The notes: generated by a model from the letters alone, not told the origin. DNA of 64,000 nt from Alkalispirochaeta sp. (GCA_965601925.1 OZ271854.1:2656001-2720000); one strand, 5' to 3'; numbered from the stretch's first letter, positions 1 to 10,371 are shown. Numbers and translations: made by a program.

Positions 1-524
1 GTCAGGAGGATGCGAGATTTCCTCAGGATCCACGCGTCCGACTCGTGCTCGGCGGCCCCGCCAGAGTGCGATCCGTTGCCGTGTCCGGCGACTACGCGGT
101 CGTTGGGGTGGGCCTCGCGGAAGACGTCCCGGAGGTGGACGGTAGCCGGGGGGACGGCATCGCAGCGGTGTTCCGGCGAGATGGCGCCGGGTGGACGCGA
201 GTGGGGGACCTCACTCCTAACGCGGTAGTCGGCCGCGATTATTACGGCAGCGCGGTCACGATGTATGGAGATTACGCCGTCGCGTCCGCGTTCCGAGACG
301 ATCAGAACGATCTCCCAAACTCCGGTTCGGTGTATGTGTTTCGCAGAGAGGGTGCGCAATGGAGCCAGTTCACCGCGCTGTACTCGCCGAACGCGTCGGA
401 GAACGACAATTTCGGAAGCGCTATCGCCATGGACTCGGGGCGTCTTGTCGTCGGTTCACAGTGGGACAACCTGAGTGCAACCGAACTCTCTCGCGGTGCC
501 GCGTTCGCGTGGCGCTATCGATAG
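1..524 (+). CDS. FG-GAP repeat (beta-propeller) protein, 3' part; truncated by the window edge
   Basis: The frame is open from base 3 (QEDARFPQDPRV...) to TAG at 522-524. It has 'VAVSGDYAVVG' and 'DNFGSAIAMD..LVVGS' FG-GAP-type repeats and is closely similar to the C-terminus of 695..2203. Confidence 0.8.
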   Translation, partial: QEDARFPQDPRVRLVLGGPARVRSVAVSGDYAVVGVGLAEDVPEVDGSRGDGIAAVFRRDGAGWTRVGDLTPNAVVGRDYYGSAVTMYGDYAVASAFRDDQNDLPNSGSVYVFRREGAQWSQFTALYSPNASENDNFGSAIAMDSGRLVVGSQWDNLSATELSRGAAFAWRYR

Positions 525-694
525 ACGCGCAGTCTGTTGTCGGTCCGCCTCGGGGGACCGTCGCGCCACATATCGGCTATCGGGCGCGGAGTGGCAATAC
601 CTCGAGGAGACGCTTCGTTACAACACGTCTCGCCTGATGCGGAGTACGTGCGCATCGCCCTCTCGCGATAGCGCTATGCATAGAGAAAGGTACA

Positions 695-2203
695 ATGAGA
701 AAAGCGATACATCACGGTACGATAGCGACGTTGGTGATGGTGCTTGCGGCATGCTCGTCCAACGGCGCCGGCGGAGCCGATGTCGGAGACAACGATTCAA
801 CCTACACCGTGACCTACGACTCCAACGATGCTGATCGGGGCACGGCGCCCGAGACTGTGCTCTATGAAGTAGGGCGTACGGTGACGGCCGCCGAAAACGT
901 CGGTGGGCTCGAGCGCGCCGGATTTCCCTTCTTTGTCGGGTGGAATACCGAGTCCGACGGAAGCGGCGACGGCTACCGGCCGGGTCAGACCTTTAGGATG
1001 CCCGCGGCCGACGTAACGCTCTACGCGGACTGGATCGACGTCGGAATTGCGCGGGCCGGCACGAGCCGGGAGGATGACGCCTTCGGGCGAGCCGTAGCGG
1101 TGTCGGGGAACTACATGATTGTCGGGGCTCCTCAGTTCGACGGCGCCGGCGAATCGTCGGGTGCCGCCTACATTTTCCGACGGAGCGGACGTGAATGGGT
1201 CTTGGACACGACCCTTGAGCCGGACGACGTGACGACATCGAGCCGCTTCGGTTATTCCGTTGCGATTAACGGCGACTACGCGGTCGTCGGTTCGCCCGAC
1301 GAGACCGCGGGGCAGGGCCGGTACGGTTCCGCCTACATATACGAGCGCACCGCGTTAGGATGGACATATCGGGATACGGTCGATGAGCGGAGCGACGCCG
1401 ACGAACCCGACGGGTTCGGCCGCGGATTCGGTGCCGCGATAGTGATTGAAGGCGATTACGCCTTTATCGGGGCTCCCGGTGTCGACGACCATCCGAATCC
1501 CGGTGCTGTGTACGTGCTTCAGCGACAAACGAGCGGCTGGGAACGGATCGCCAGGCTAACTTCCGGCGGTCCGAACGGAGGCTTTTTCGGTGAGCATCTC
1601 GCCGTCGATGACGACACGCTCATCGTCGGGGCGCGTCAGACCGGTGCATACGCGTTCTATCGCTCGCCCGACGGATGGTCCCGCAGCACCAAGGGCGATG
1701 CGTTTCCCCAGGATACGAACTTTCCGATCTCCGTCGGTGGCCCGATTAACGTAGAGTCCGTCGCGGTATCCGGCGATTACGCCGTTGTCGGAGCTATTCT
1801 TGCGATCGACATCGGTGCCGCCGGTCGCGCCGGCGACGGTATCGCAGCGCTGTTTCGGCGCGGCGCCGGCGGGTGGGAGCGCGTGGGTGAGCTCACACCC
1901 GAGGCCGGCGTAGGTCGTGACTACTACAGCTACGCCGTCGCGATGCATGGGGATTACGCGGTCGTCTCCGCACGACAGGACGACGACGCGGGCCGGGACT
2001 CAGGCGCCGCATTTGTCTTCCGCAGAGACGGTTCGGAATGGGGCCAGTTCACCGCGCTCTATTCTCCCAACGCCGCCCCCGCCGACGAGTTCGGGAGCGT
2101 CATCGCGATTGATGCCGAGCATCTGGTAATCGGCTCGCCGTGGGATAATGAGAGTGCGTCCGAGCCCTCTCGCGGCGCCGCGTTTTCCTGGCGCTACCGA
2201 TAG
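695..2203 (+). CDS. Lipoprotein with a Listeria-Bacteroides (InlB B-type) repeat and FG-GAP repeat beta-propeller
   Basis: Lipobox LAAC. 'YTVTYDSN...FVGWNT..DGSG..Y.PG....MPAADVTLYA.W' is a B-repeat. Several 'FG.AVA.SG....VGAP' repeats follow. Confidence 0.8.
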   Translation: MRKAIHHGTIATLVMVLAACSSNGAGGADVGDNDSTYTVTYDSNDADRGTAPETVLYEVGRTVTAAENVGGLERAGFPFFVGWNTESDGSGDGYRPGQTFRMPAADVTLYADWIDVGIARAGTSREDDAFGRAVAVSGNYMIVGAPQFDGAGESSGAAYIFRRSGREWVLDTTLEPDDVTTSSRFGYSVAINGDYAVVGSPDETAGQGRYGSAYIYERTALGWTYRDTVDERSDADEPDGFGRGFGAAIVIEGDYAFIGAPGVDDHPNPGAVYVLQRQTSGWERIARLTSGGPNGGFFGEHLAVDDDTLIVGARQTGAYAFYRSPDGWSRSTKGDAFPQDTNFPISVGGPINVESVAVSGDYAVVGAILAIDIGAAGRAGDGIAALFRRGAGGWERVGELTPEAGVGRDYYSYAVAMHGDYAVVSARQDDDAGRDSGAAFVFRRDGSEWGQFTALYSPNAAPADEFGSVIAIDAEHLVIGSPWDNESASEPSRGAAFSWRYR

Positions 2204-2211
2204 CATCGGGC

Positions 2212-2244
2212 GGCGTCGGTACTACCGAAGGCGGTATCGACGCC
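2212..2244 (+). terminator. GC-rich stem-loop downstream of the FG-GAP gene (possible terminator, no U-tract)
   Basis: GGCGTCGGTAC...GTATCGACGCC inverted repeat, 8 nt after the stop codon. Confidence 0.4.
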
Positions 2245-2831
2245 CGCGCCGGACCCATTCGCTCACAACAAACAGTGACGAGACCGGTGCGGCGGCCCCG
2301 GTACGCTCCGATAACGGACGCGGAGCGCGGATTGTGATAACGCCGTGTCAGTGGAGTCCGATCGAAGTATGAGACGCCTCCTTTGGTGCGATATGGCAAA
2401 AAAACGAAATAGAGGCGTGTTCGCGATTGTGGTAGCCGTCGCGGTCGCCGTCGCAACCGCCGTCCTGACATCCGGCGGTCACCCGAGCGGCCGGTCGGCG
2501 GGCGATACGCGCAACAGTCTACAATCTGAGGACGACGATGATCGGTGTGGTGCAGCTGAGGCTCATGGAGGCCCGGCCGAACGATAACCCGCCCGACGAC
2601 AGCGGGTGTAACGTGGGCGCGGACCCGCGTCCGGACGACTCGTTGGATTCGCGTCCACGATCAGTTTTGCAGCACGTGACCGTGTGGGCAACGCGTCGCC
2701 ACTCCCCGGGGCGGGACATCAAGCGTCCGCGACCGCGTTGATTGCACCGCCACGGGTTACAAGAAAGAGGACGGAATCGCGCCTCTCCATGGGGTGGCGG
2801 AAGGTGGGCCCGTAGGTATATGCTTCTCGAC

Positions 2832-4001
2832 ATGGATCGCGATTTCACCCGTCTTCTTGATCGTCTGAGCGAGTTTCAGGCGGGGGCGCGAGATCTGAGC
2901 GAGATACTCCTCACCAACCTCGTCATGATCTCCGAGATTCCCGCTCCCACCTTCGGCGAGCAGCAGCGGATGAGCTTCCTCCTGGACCGCTTTAACGAAT
3001 ACGAGCTGCAAAACTGTTCGACCGACGAAGCGGATAACGCCCTGGGTATCCTGCCCGGGCGTGTCGGCGAGCAGAACATTCTCGTTGTAGCCCATATGGA
3101 CACTGCGTTTCTCGAGAAGGTGGACCATACCGTATCGATAGAGCCTACGTCGGTCTCCGGCGCCGGGATCGGTGACGACAGTTTGGGTGTCGCGGCACTC
3201 GCCACGCTGCCGTCCCTTCTGTCCCACCTGGGGATTCAGCTGAACTCCAACGTCATCCTCATGGGGAGCGCCCGCAGCTTGGGGCGGGGTGATATCGAGG
3301 GGATACGGTTCTTTCTCAACAATAAGAACGTACCGATCTCGACGGGTATCTGCGTGGAGGGGGTGAAGCTCGGTCGCCTCAGCTACGCCTCCATCGGAAT
3401 GTTGCGCGGCGAGATCCACTATCGCGTCCCGGAAGAGTACGACTGGACGCGATTCGGCGCCGGCGGCGCGATCGTCAACATGAACGACGTGATTAATCGT
3501 ATCCTCGAGATTCCCCTTCCGCGGCGGCCGCGGACCTCCATCGTTCTGAACAGTATCGAGGCCGGCGCGTCGTTCAATACGATTCCGCGTCAGGCGACCC
3601 TGCAGTTTGAAGTTCGCAGCGAATCGGGCGAGTTCGTCCGTCGCCTGGGCGACCAGATCAGCGACATCGCGGCGGAGACCAGTTCACAGACCGGCGCCGA
3701 CGTCGAGTTCAACGTGCTGGCGCGACGCCAACCGGGCGGAATCGGGTTCTCGCATCCCCTGGCGGCGCAATCCCGCGCCATTATCACCGCCTTGGGGGTG
3801 AATCCGCGTATATCGCCGAGCACTTCCGAGTTGTCGGCCTTCATCGACCACGGTATTCCGGCCGTCACGATCGGTCTCACCCAAGGAGAACACCATAACG
3901 AGGACAACGAGCGGCTGGACATCGAGCCGATCTATCTGGGCCTCGCGCAGCTGATCGGCATGCTCGTAGCGATCGACGGAGGATACGCAGATGGATCTTA
4001 A
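2832..4001 (+). CDS. M20/M25/M40 family metallo-hydrolase-like protein (catalytic EE motif absent)
   Basis: 'EIPAPTFGE..R', 'VVAHMDT', 'GAGIGDD', 'FNTIP..A....EVRS' and a C-terminal His. Start could be ATG 2820 or 2832; TATGCT lies 7 nt before 2832. Confidence 0.75.
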   Translation: MDRDFTRLLDRLSEFQAGARDLSEILLTNLVMISEIPAPTFGEQQRMSFLLDRFNEYELQNCSTDEADNALGILPGRVGEQNILVVAHMDTAFLEKVDHTVSIEPTSVSGAGIGDDSLGVAALATLPSLLSHLGIQLNSNVILMGSARSLGRGDIEGIRFFLNNKNVPISTGICVEGVKLGRLSYASIGMLRGEIHYRVPEEYDWTRFGAGGAIVNMNDVINRILEIPLPRRPRTSIVLNSIEAGASFNTIPRQATLQFEVRSESGEFVRRLGDQISDIAAETSSQTGADVEFNVLARRQPGGIGFSHPLAAQSRAIITALGVNPRISPSTSELSAFIDHGIPAVTIGLTQGEHHNEDNERLDIEPIYLGLAQLIGMLVAIDGGYADGS

Positions 4002-5067
4002 CGCGTGGCTCAAGTCCAATACTTATCATCACTCCGAGTTTCGCGATCTCCGAGAGCTCGTTGAGGCCAAAGAGCGCGAGGAGCTCACCATATCGCTGTG
4101 CATACCGACCCTCAACGAAGAAAAGACTATCGGGAAAGAGGTCGTAATCTTTCGCTCGGAGCTCATGCAGCGCTATCCGCTCATCGACGAGATCGCGGTC
4201 ATCGACTCGGGTAGTACCGATAAGACGTTGGAGATCGCCGCGACCTTCGGTGCCGACACCTATCTCGCCAGCGATATCCTGCCCGACTTGGAGGATAAGC
4301 GAGGCAAGGGCGAGAACTTGTGGAAGGCGATTCACCAGTTGAAAGGCGATATTATCGTCTACATCGATGCGGACATAAAAAACATCCACCCGCGTTTCGT
4401 ATACGGATTGGTCGGACCGCTCATCTACCGCCCCGAGGTCAAATACGTCAAAGCGTTTTACGATCGGCCTCTCGCCTTTAGTCAGGGGATTCGGCCGAGC
4501 GGCGGCGGGCGTGTCACCGAGATTCTGATTCGGCCGCTTTTCTCGCTCTTCTTTCCGGAGCTTACGGCGGTCATCCAGCCCCTGTCGGGAGAGTACGCGG
4601 TGCGCCGCGAGGTGCTGGAGCGGATACCCTTTCCGATCGGGTACGGGGTCGAGACGAGCCATTTAATCGACGTCTATTCGCTCTACGATATGAACGCCTT
4701 CGCTCAGACCGACCTGGACCAACGGGTGCATCGTAACCAACCCACGCGCAGTTTGGGAAAGATGGCCTTCGGTATCATTCAGACCTTTCTTTCGCGGGCC
4801 GAGAAGCTGGGCGTCATCAAAGAACTACCCGATATCTCCACGATTCTGCGCCAGTTTCAGGTACACGATAAGGTCTTCGAGACGGTGGAGTACACGATCG
4901 TCGAAGAAGAGCGCCCGCCGATGGAGACGGTCCCCGCCTATCGCGAGCGACGCGACGAGATACGAGGTACCAAGGGCGGCAAGAAGAAAAAGAGCTCTTC
5001 GGCAGGCGGTCGCCCCCGGGCGAGCGCTCACAAGGGCGACGACGCGGCAGATGGGGACGGGGCGTGA
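3991..5067 (+). CDS. gpgS: Glucosyl-3-phosphoglycerate synthase (GT-A fold)
   Basis: 'IPTLNEEKTIG', 'IDSGSTD', 'GKGENLW', 'YIDAD', 'KAFYDRP', 'GGRVTE', 'QPLSGEYA', 'GYGVE' and 'RVHRNQ' are GpgS/MpgS-family motifs. Confidence 0.85.
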   Translation: MDLNAWLKSNTYHHSEFRDLRELVEAKEREELTISLCIPTLNEEKTIGKEVVIFRSELMQRYPLIDEIAVIDSGSTDKTLEIAATFGADTYLASDILPDLEDKRGKGENLWKAIHQLKGDIIVYIDADIKNIHPRFVYGLVGPLIYRPEVKYVKAFYDRPLAFSQGIRPSGGGRVTEILIRPLFSLFFPELTAVIQPLSGEYAVRREVLERIPFPIGYGVETSHLIDVYSLYDMNAFAQTDLDQRVHRNQPTRSLGKMAFGIIQTFLSRAEKLGVIKELPDISTILRQFQVHDKVFETVEYTIVEEERPPMETVPAYRERRDEIRGTKGGKKKKSSSAGGRPRASAHKGDDAADGDGA

Positions 5068-5879
5068 GTCGAATCATCTTCGACGAGGTCTCCTTCGCGT
5101 GGCCCGACGACGAGGCCGCCGGTGACGAGCAGGCGCTTTTCACCGACCTTAGTCTACGTCTCGACGGGGGGCTTACCTTTCTCGTCGGACCAAATGGAAT
5201 CGGCAAGAGCTCCCTCATGCTACTCGGCGGGGCGCGTGTCTTTCCGCAACGGGGGCGGATTACGATTCTCGACGTCGATACGAGCCGCTTCGTCGACGCC
5301 GGAATCGACCCCGACGTCGAAGAGACGCGCAACCGCCTCGTCTCGTTTATCTACCAGAATATGGAGCTCGAGACCGAAGAGCCGGTCGGATCGCTCCTCG
5401 ATATCGTCGCCGAATCGAGCGGAGAACCGGACCGGGCCGCAACGATGCGCGAAGGCCTCATTGCCGCGGCGGAGCTCGGCGGTGCGTTGGACTCCCGAAT
5501 GCAGGAGCTGAGTAAGGGCGAAATGCAGCGTGCCATCGTGGCGATGAGCGTGTTGTACGGCTCGCCGGTCGTCATGATGGACGAGCCGCTCTTTGCCGTG
5601 GAGCCGGCGCGTTCCGAACGTCTGTTCGAGTATCTACGCGATATGTGTGCCGCCACCGGTACGTCGATGTATGCCAGCGTCCACGACGTCAAACTCGCCC
5701 GGACGTATGCCGACTCCGTGGTACTCTTTGACGCCTCGGGGGACATACAAGTCGGCGATCCGAAAACCCTCCTGGACCGTGAGCGCGTTGAGGCGGCCTT
5801 CCGAGCACCCTTCGACACGCTGTACGAGCGGCAGAATCTGTATCGCGATCTTCTCAAAAAGAGCTTTGACGTGCGGTAA
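5064..5879 (+). CDS. ABC transporter ATP-binding protein (no adjacent permease)
   Basis: Walker A GPNGIGKS, signature LSKGE, Walker B MMDEP, H-loop SVHD. GTGA overlap with gpgS. Confidence 0.85.
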   Translation: MSRIIFDEVSFAWPDDEAAGDEQALFTDLSLRLDGGLTFLVGPNGIGKSSLMLLGGARVFPQRGRITILDVDTSRFVDAGIDPDVEETRNRLVSFIYQNMELETEEPVGSLLDIVAESSGEPDRAATMREGLIAAAELGGALDSRMQELSKGEMQRAIVAMSVLYGSPVVMMDEPLFAVEPARSERLFEYLRDMCAATGTSMYASVHDVKLARTYADSVVLFDASGDIQVGDPKTLLDRERVEAAFRAPFDTLYERQNLYRDLLKKSFDVR

Positions 5880-5909
5880 CTGTGATCGGCTTGCAACGAG
5901 CAAAGGCAC

Positions 5910-5938
5910 AAAAAAACCGCAACACCCCGGTGCTGCGG
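5910..5938 (-). terminator. Rho-independent terminator of the tRNA-Ala gene
   Basis: On the minus strand: CCGCAGCAC-CGGG-GTGTTGCGG followed by TTTTTTT. Confidence 0.8.
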
Positions 5939-5944
5939 CGCTTG

Positions 5945-6017
5945 TGGAGAATACCGGATTCGAACCGGTGACCTGTTGATTGCGAACCAACCGCTCTACC
6001 AACTGAGCTAATTCCCC
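5945..6017 (-). tRNA. tRNA-Ala (anticodon CGC); CCA not encoded
   Basis: GGGGAAT TA GCTC AGTTGGTA GAGC G GTTGG TTCGCAA TCAAC AGGTC ACCGG TTCGAAT CCGGT ATTCTCC A forms a full cloverleaf with the G3:U70 alanine identity pair. Confidence 0.97.
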
Positions 6018-6064
6018 GTATCCGTACATCTATTCGCGCCCCGTCGGACGCGTGTGCGTCCGTC

Positions 6065-6093
6065 ACCGTACTCGCGCGAAGGGTCTTTGTCAA
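6065..6093 (-). promoter_or_regulatory. Sigma70-type promoter of tRNA-Ala
   Basis: TTGACA-17 nt-TACGGT on the minus strand, about 47 nt upstream of the tRNA. Confidence 0.65.
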
Positions 6094-6129
6094 GCGCGTG
6101 GTGCGCACGTCGAAGCACCGCCGTCGGTG

Positions 6130-6138
6130 TGCTATACT
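6130..6138 (+). promoter_or_regulatory. Extended -10 promoter for the MCP gene
   Basis: TG-C-TATACT upstream of the GGAGGA RBS (6221-6226) and ATG 6232. Confidence 0.45.
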
Positions 6139-6231
6139 GTGGTCGGTCGGCGGCCGCTCGTCGACGCGTTCCCATCTAAATCGTAACGTATTTCACAGTA
6201 TTGTTCGGCGTTCACCTCAGGGAGGAGCATT

Positions 6232-8283
6232 ATGCGTGTCAGTCTTAAACATAAAGTCACCGGATTGTCTCTCGCCGCCGGAGCGGTGGTTATGGTGCTT
6301 ACGGCAGTTATGACGATCTGGCAAAGCAACCGTACAACGCACATCGTCGACGAGGAGCTCAACCAACTCGTGCGGAGTAATACCGCGCAAATTGCCTCCG
6401 ACGTATGGCATCTCGCCGCGAGCTCCAACAGTCTCGCACAGCAGAAGGTCGCAAGCGATCTCGCCGTGGCGCGGAACGTCTTGAACAACGCCGGGGAAGT
6501 TGTCCTGGGATCGGATACGCAACGGTGGGAGGCGATCGATCAGTTCTCCGGAACGCCGAGTACCGTCGATCTTCCGATCCTGGAGATCGGAGGCGTTACC
6601 CTCGATCGGAATCGTTCCTTTCGCGTAGCGGTACCGATCGTCGACGAGGTAAAGACGATCGTCGGCGGTACCTCCACCGTGTTCCAACGCATGAACCCAC
6701 AGGGTGACATGTTACGCGTCGCTACGAATGTAGAGAGCGCCGACGGGGAGCGCGCAATCGGGACCTACATTCCGGCGGCGGGAGCCGACGGTCGGCGAAA
6801 CCCGATCGTCTCCGCCGTCCTGGAAGGCGACACCTTCTACGGCCGCGCCTTCGTCGTCGGCGAGTGGTATCTCACCGCCTACGAGCCGATCGTCGATACG
6901 AACGGTGACATTATCGGCGCGCTGTATGTCGGGGTGCCGGAGTCGAGTATTCAAGCGGCGATTCGAGACGTGATCATGGACATCCGTGTCGGCGAGACCG
7001 GTTACGTGTTCGTCCTTCGCGGAAGCGGATCAGATCGGGGCGAGTACATCGTCTCGCAGGGGGGAAATCGCGACGGCGAGAACGTATGGGACGTCGAGGA
7101 CTCGGACGGTGAGTTGTTCATGCAGCGGCTGATAGAGGGCGCTGTGGCCGCCGAAGGGGAGTCGGCATACTTTATTGAGTACCCCTGGCGGAACATCGGA
7201 GACCCGGCACCGAGAAACAAGCTCACCGCGGCGATCCATTTCGCTCCGTGGGATTGGGTTATCGGAGCGGGAGCCTACGAAGACGAGCTTTTCGTCGCGA
7301 GAGACCGCGTCGATGACGCCTTGGCCGCCCTCGTTCGGGTGTTATTACTCACCGGCTTGGTTGTGCTTCTCATCGTCGCTCTCGCCGCGACGACCTTGGG
7401 GCGGCGTATCACCCTCCCGCTCATCACCGTCACCGAGAAGATCGGGCGTATCGCCGAGGGCGACCTTACCGTTGAAATTCAGACCACGCAGACCGACGAG
7501 GTCGGCGAGTTGGCGGACGCGGCGAGGAGTATGGTCGATCGGCTGCGAGAGGTGGTGGAGGGGGTGCGCGCCGCGGCGTACAACGTCCACTCCGGGGGGC
7601 AACAACTCAGCTCGTCGGCGCAACAGATCGCCCAGGGTGCCACGGAAAACGCCGCCTCCACGCAGCAGCTCTCGGCCTCCGTCGGAGAGATGGATTCAAC
7701 GATTAAACAGAGCGCCGAGGCCGCTCGCGAGACGGACCGAATTGCGCAAGACGCCGCCGAAAGAGCCACAGAGGGTACCGAGGCGGTCCGTCGGACGATC
7801 GTCGCCATGGGGGATATCTCGGAAAAGATCGCCATCATCGAAGAGATAGCGCGACAGACCAATCTGCTCGCCCTGAACGCAGCAATCGAGGCGGCCCGGG
7901 CGGGCGATGCGGGCCGCGGTTTCTCGATCGTGGCGTCGGAGGTGCGCAAACTGGCCGAGCGGACTCAAAACTCCGCCGCGGAGATAACGACGCTCGCCCA
8001 CAGCAGCGTGGAGGTATCCCGAGTCGCCGGGGACAAGCTCGAGGAGCTGGCGCCGAACATTCGGCACACCGCCGAGCTCGTTCGTGAGATCAGCGCAGCC
8101 GGCGCGCAGCAGTCGACGGGTGTGGACCAGATCAACACGGCGATGCTGCAGATGGACCGCGTGACTCAGCAGAGCGCGTCCGCCTCCGAACAGCTCGCGG
8201 CGACCGCAGAGGAGTTGGCGAGCCAGTCGGAGCACCTCCGGTCGACCATCGACTTTTTCGTCGTCGACCACAACGGGGAATGA
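6232..8283 (+). CDS. Methyl-accepting chemotaxis protein with a Cache_3-Cache_2-type periplasmic domain and HAMP
   Basis: Two TM helices; 'MLRVATNV...[10 protein letters not shown]', 'YLTAYEPI'; signalling hairpin '[35 protein letters not shown]'; strong RBS. Confidence 0.93.
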   Translation: MRVSLKHKVTGLSLAAGAVVMVLTAVMTIWQSNRTTHIVDEELNQLVRSNTAQIASDVWHLAASSNSLAQQKVASDLAVARNVLNNAGEVVLGSDTQRWEAIDQFSGTPSTVDLPILEIGGVTLDRNRSFRVAVPIVDEVKTIVGGTSTVFQRMNPQGDMLRVATNVESADGERAIGTYIPAAGADGRRNPIVSAVLEGDTFYGRAFVVGEWYLTAYEPIVDTNGDIIGALYVGVPESSIQAAIRDVIMDIRVGETGYVFVLRGSGSDRGEYIVSQGGNRDGENVWDVEDSDGELFMQRLIEGAVAAEGESAYFIEYPWRNIGDPAPRNKLTAAIHFAPWDWVIGAGAYEDELFVARDRVDDALAALVRVLLLTGLVVLLIVALAATTLGRRITLPLITVTEKIGRIAEGDLTVEIQTTQTDEVGELADAARSMVDRLREVVEGVRAAAYNVHSGGQQLSSSAQQIAQGATENAASTQQLSASVGEMDSTIKQSAEAARETDRIAQDAAERATEGTEAVRRTIVAMGDISEKIAIIEEIARQTNLLALNAAIEAARAGDAGRGFSIVASEVRKLAERTQNSAAEITTLAHSSVEVSRVAGDKLEELAPNIRHTAELVREISAAGAQQSTGVDQINTAMLQMDRVTQQSASASEQLAATAEELASQSEHLRSTIDFFVVDHNGE

Positions 8284-8343
8284 GTCCGCGTCCGACCGAT
8301 GTGGGTGGCCGTCATCGTTTAGAGGTGATAAAATTGAATATAC

Positions 8344-10233
8344 ATGAATCATAGTATTCTTTCGCCGGTCGATCTACCTGGAGTATCCATCGAGACTCCC
8401 GTATATCCCTCAACGTGGACGGGTAGGATCGCCTACGGCATCGACTATCTTCGCGGTATCGCGCGGTTTGCCGTCATACGGATCGCCAATCGTCGCGCGT
8501 GCATGGCGGCCTCTCAACTCGGCGATAGTCTCGAGCGCACGATATTTCCCCTTTTGCGCGAGGAGGGCCGCCGTTATCTCGACGTTTCGGTACCGTCGGG
8601 AGACGGGGATCTCAAAACGATGGTTCTGGGTTCTGAGCGCGCGTTACCGGGAACGGCCGAGCTGTCCCGTCGCCTTGCGGAAATCGGTATACGACGGATC
8701 GAGTTGGACGTACGCTTGGAGGACGGGCAGATACTCGATGCGTGTACCGTGCTCTATTCGGTTCGTCGCCGGCTGCACGAACGGCGCAAGCGAACGATAT
8801 ACGATGGACCCTATCGCGGGTGGGATCCGCGATGCGTCGCCGACGCGTTGTATAGCCCCGGCGGCGTACATGTGCGGTGTCAGACGATGCGCCTCCTCGA
8901 CGGTGGAGTATTTCGCGTCGATTACTCGTACTGCGACCTCTTCTTCACCAGTTTACTGCAGAAGGTCCTCTCGCGGCGGCCGCGCCATCGCGACCATCGT
9001 ACGATCTTCTCACTGGCGCCGCAGATAGCGCTTTTGGTCGGCGTCGTTCTCTTTCTTCCCCTGCCGCTCCTTTCGGTCGCGCCGATACCGGCTCGCATCG
9101 TTCTGGCCCTCGGCGCGGCCGGCGGCGCCGCGGCGGTCGGCATTGCGATATATACTCTCGCATCGGTCCAGTACGCCCGTGAGAACTATCAACGCCTCAG
9201 CCGCGATTTACTGGAACGTATCGCCGAACTCAGCCGTTTCCCGGAAGTTAATCCGCACCTGGTGTCGCGCATCGAGTCGGATGGGACGGTGAGCTACCTC
9301 AATCCCGCCGGCCGCGAGCTTCTCAAAAGCGTCACCGGCTCGGACGAACGTCCCGAGGCGGTCTTTTCACCTCGGTATCGCGATGTGGTGTTGAGCGCCC
9401 TTGAGACCGGAGCTCCCCAATCCGAAGAGTACACCCACGAACGCGCGGGTACGACGATCATGTACCATTTCTCGCCCTTCCCGGGCGATCGCGCAGTCGT
9501 CGTCGGCGCCACCGACGTCTCGGAGCTACGTTCGCTTACCCGCGAGTTGGAGGCGCGTGTGGCGGCGCGTACGAACGAGTTGCACCTGACCCGTGACGCA
9601 ACGATCCTCGCGCTGGCGGGTCTGGCCGAGAGTCGCGATCCTGAGACCGGACGGCACTTGGAGCGGACGCGATGGTACATACTCCGACTCGCGGAACATA
9701 TGCGCGCCCATCCTGCGCGCTACGGACGGTTCCACGAGTTCCTCAGCCATGAGCGTATGGACCTTTTGTTCAAGTCGGCGCCGCTGCACGACATCGGAAA
9801 GGTGGGTATACCCGACCACATCCTCCTCAAACCGGAGCGCCTTACCTCCGAGGAGTTCGAGCAGATGAAGCAACATACGATCTACGGAGCCGAGGCGCTG
9901 CGGAAGGCGCGCGAACAGCTCGGCCGGAACTCATTCCTCGCCATGGGGGAGGAGATCGCCCTCCACCACCACGAGCGGTGGGACGGTTCGGGCTATCCTC
10001 TCGGTCTTGCCGGTCCCGCGATTCCGATTCCGGCCCGACTCATGGCGATCGCCGATCTCTACGATGCGCTCACCTCCCGTAGGGTATACAAAGATGCGTA
10101 CCCGCACGAGGAGGCGGCGAGGATCATTAGGGGCGAACGGGGGCTCCATCTCGACCCCGATATCGTCGACGCCTTTTTCGAGATCGAGGATGAGTTTCGA
10201 CGCATCCGCATGGAAATGACCGACGTTGAGTAG
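8344..10233 (+). CDS. Membrane HD-GYP phosphodiesterase (unknown N-domain, 2 TM, PAS-like, HD-GYP)
   Basis: 'ESRDPETGRHLER', 'LHDIGKVGIPD.IL.KP', 'HHHERWDGSGYP', 'ADLYDAL...R.YK'. Confidence 0.9.
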   Translation: MNHSILSPVDLPGVSIETPVYPSTWTGRIAYGIDYLRGIARFAVIRIANRRACMAASQLGDSLERTIFPLLREEGRRYLDVSVPSGDGDLKTMVLGSERALPGTAELSRRLAEIGIRRIELDVRLEDGQILDACTVLYSVRRRLHERRKRTIYDGPYRGWDPRCVADALYSPGGVHVRCQTMRLLDGGVFRVDYSYCDLFFTSLLQKVLSRRPRHRDHRTIFSLAPQIALLVGVVLFLPLPLLSVAPIPARIVLALGAAGGAAAVGIAIYTLASVQYARENYQRLSRDLLERIAELSRFPEVNPHLVSRIESDGTVSYLNPAGRELLKSVTGSDERPEAVFSPRYRDVVLSALETGAPQSEEYTHERAGTTIMYHFSPFPGDRAVVVGATDVSELRSLTRELEARVAARTNELHLTRDATILALAGLAESRDPETGRHLERTRWYILRLAEHMRAHPARYGRFHEFLSHERMDLLFKSAPLHDIGKVGIPDHILLKPERLTSEEFEQMKQHTIYGAEALRKAREQLGRNSFLAMGEEIALHHHERWDGSGYPLGLAGPAIPIPARLMAIADLYDALTSRRVYKDAYPHEEAARIIRGERGLHLDPDIVDAFFEIEDEFRRIRMEMTDVE

Positions 10234-10371
10234 CCGACTCGTAGTCGCTAAAGGTGCCGTGGACGAGCCCTCGAACACGCGATCCCGGCGCGCCGAGTTG
10301 CGGCTACCGACCGGGCGGTTTTCAGCCCTCAATTTGACCGCCGGCCCATTCCTCGCTATTTTCCGCTGACA

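Noticed and set aside
1..2203. Paralogous C-termini as a diversity-generating retroelement TR/VR pair
   Set aside because: Differences are not adenine-specific, both copies are coding, and there is no reverse transcriptase in the window.
5880..6020. tRNA-Ala as an integration site
   Set aside because: I saw no duplicate of the tRNA 3' end and no integrase; it has its own terminator and ordinary flanking genes.
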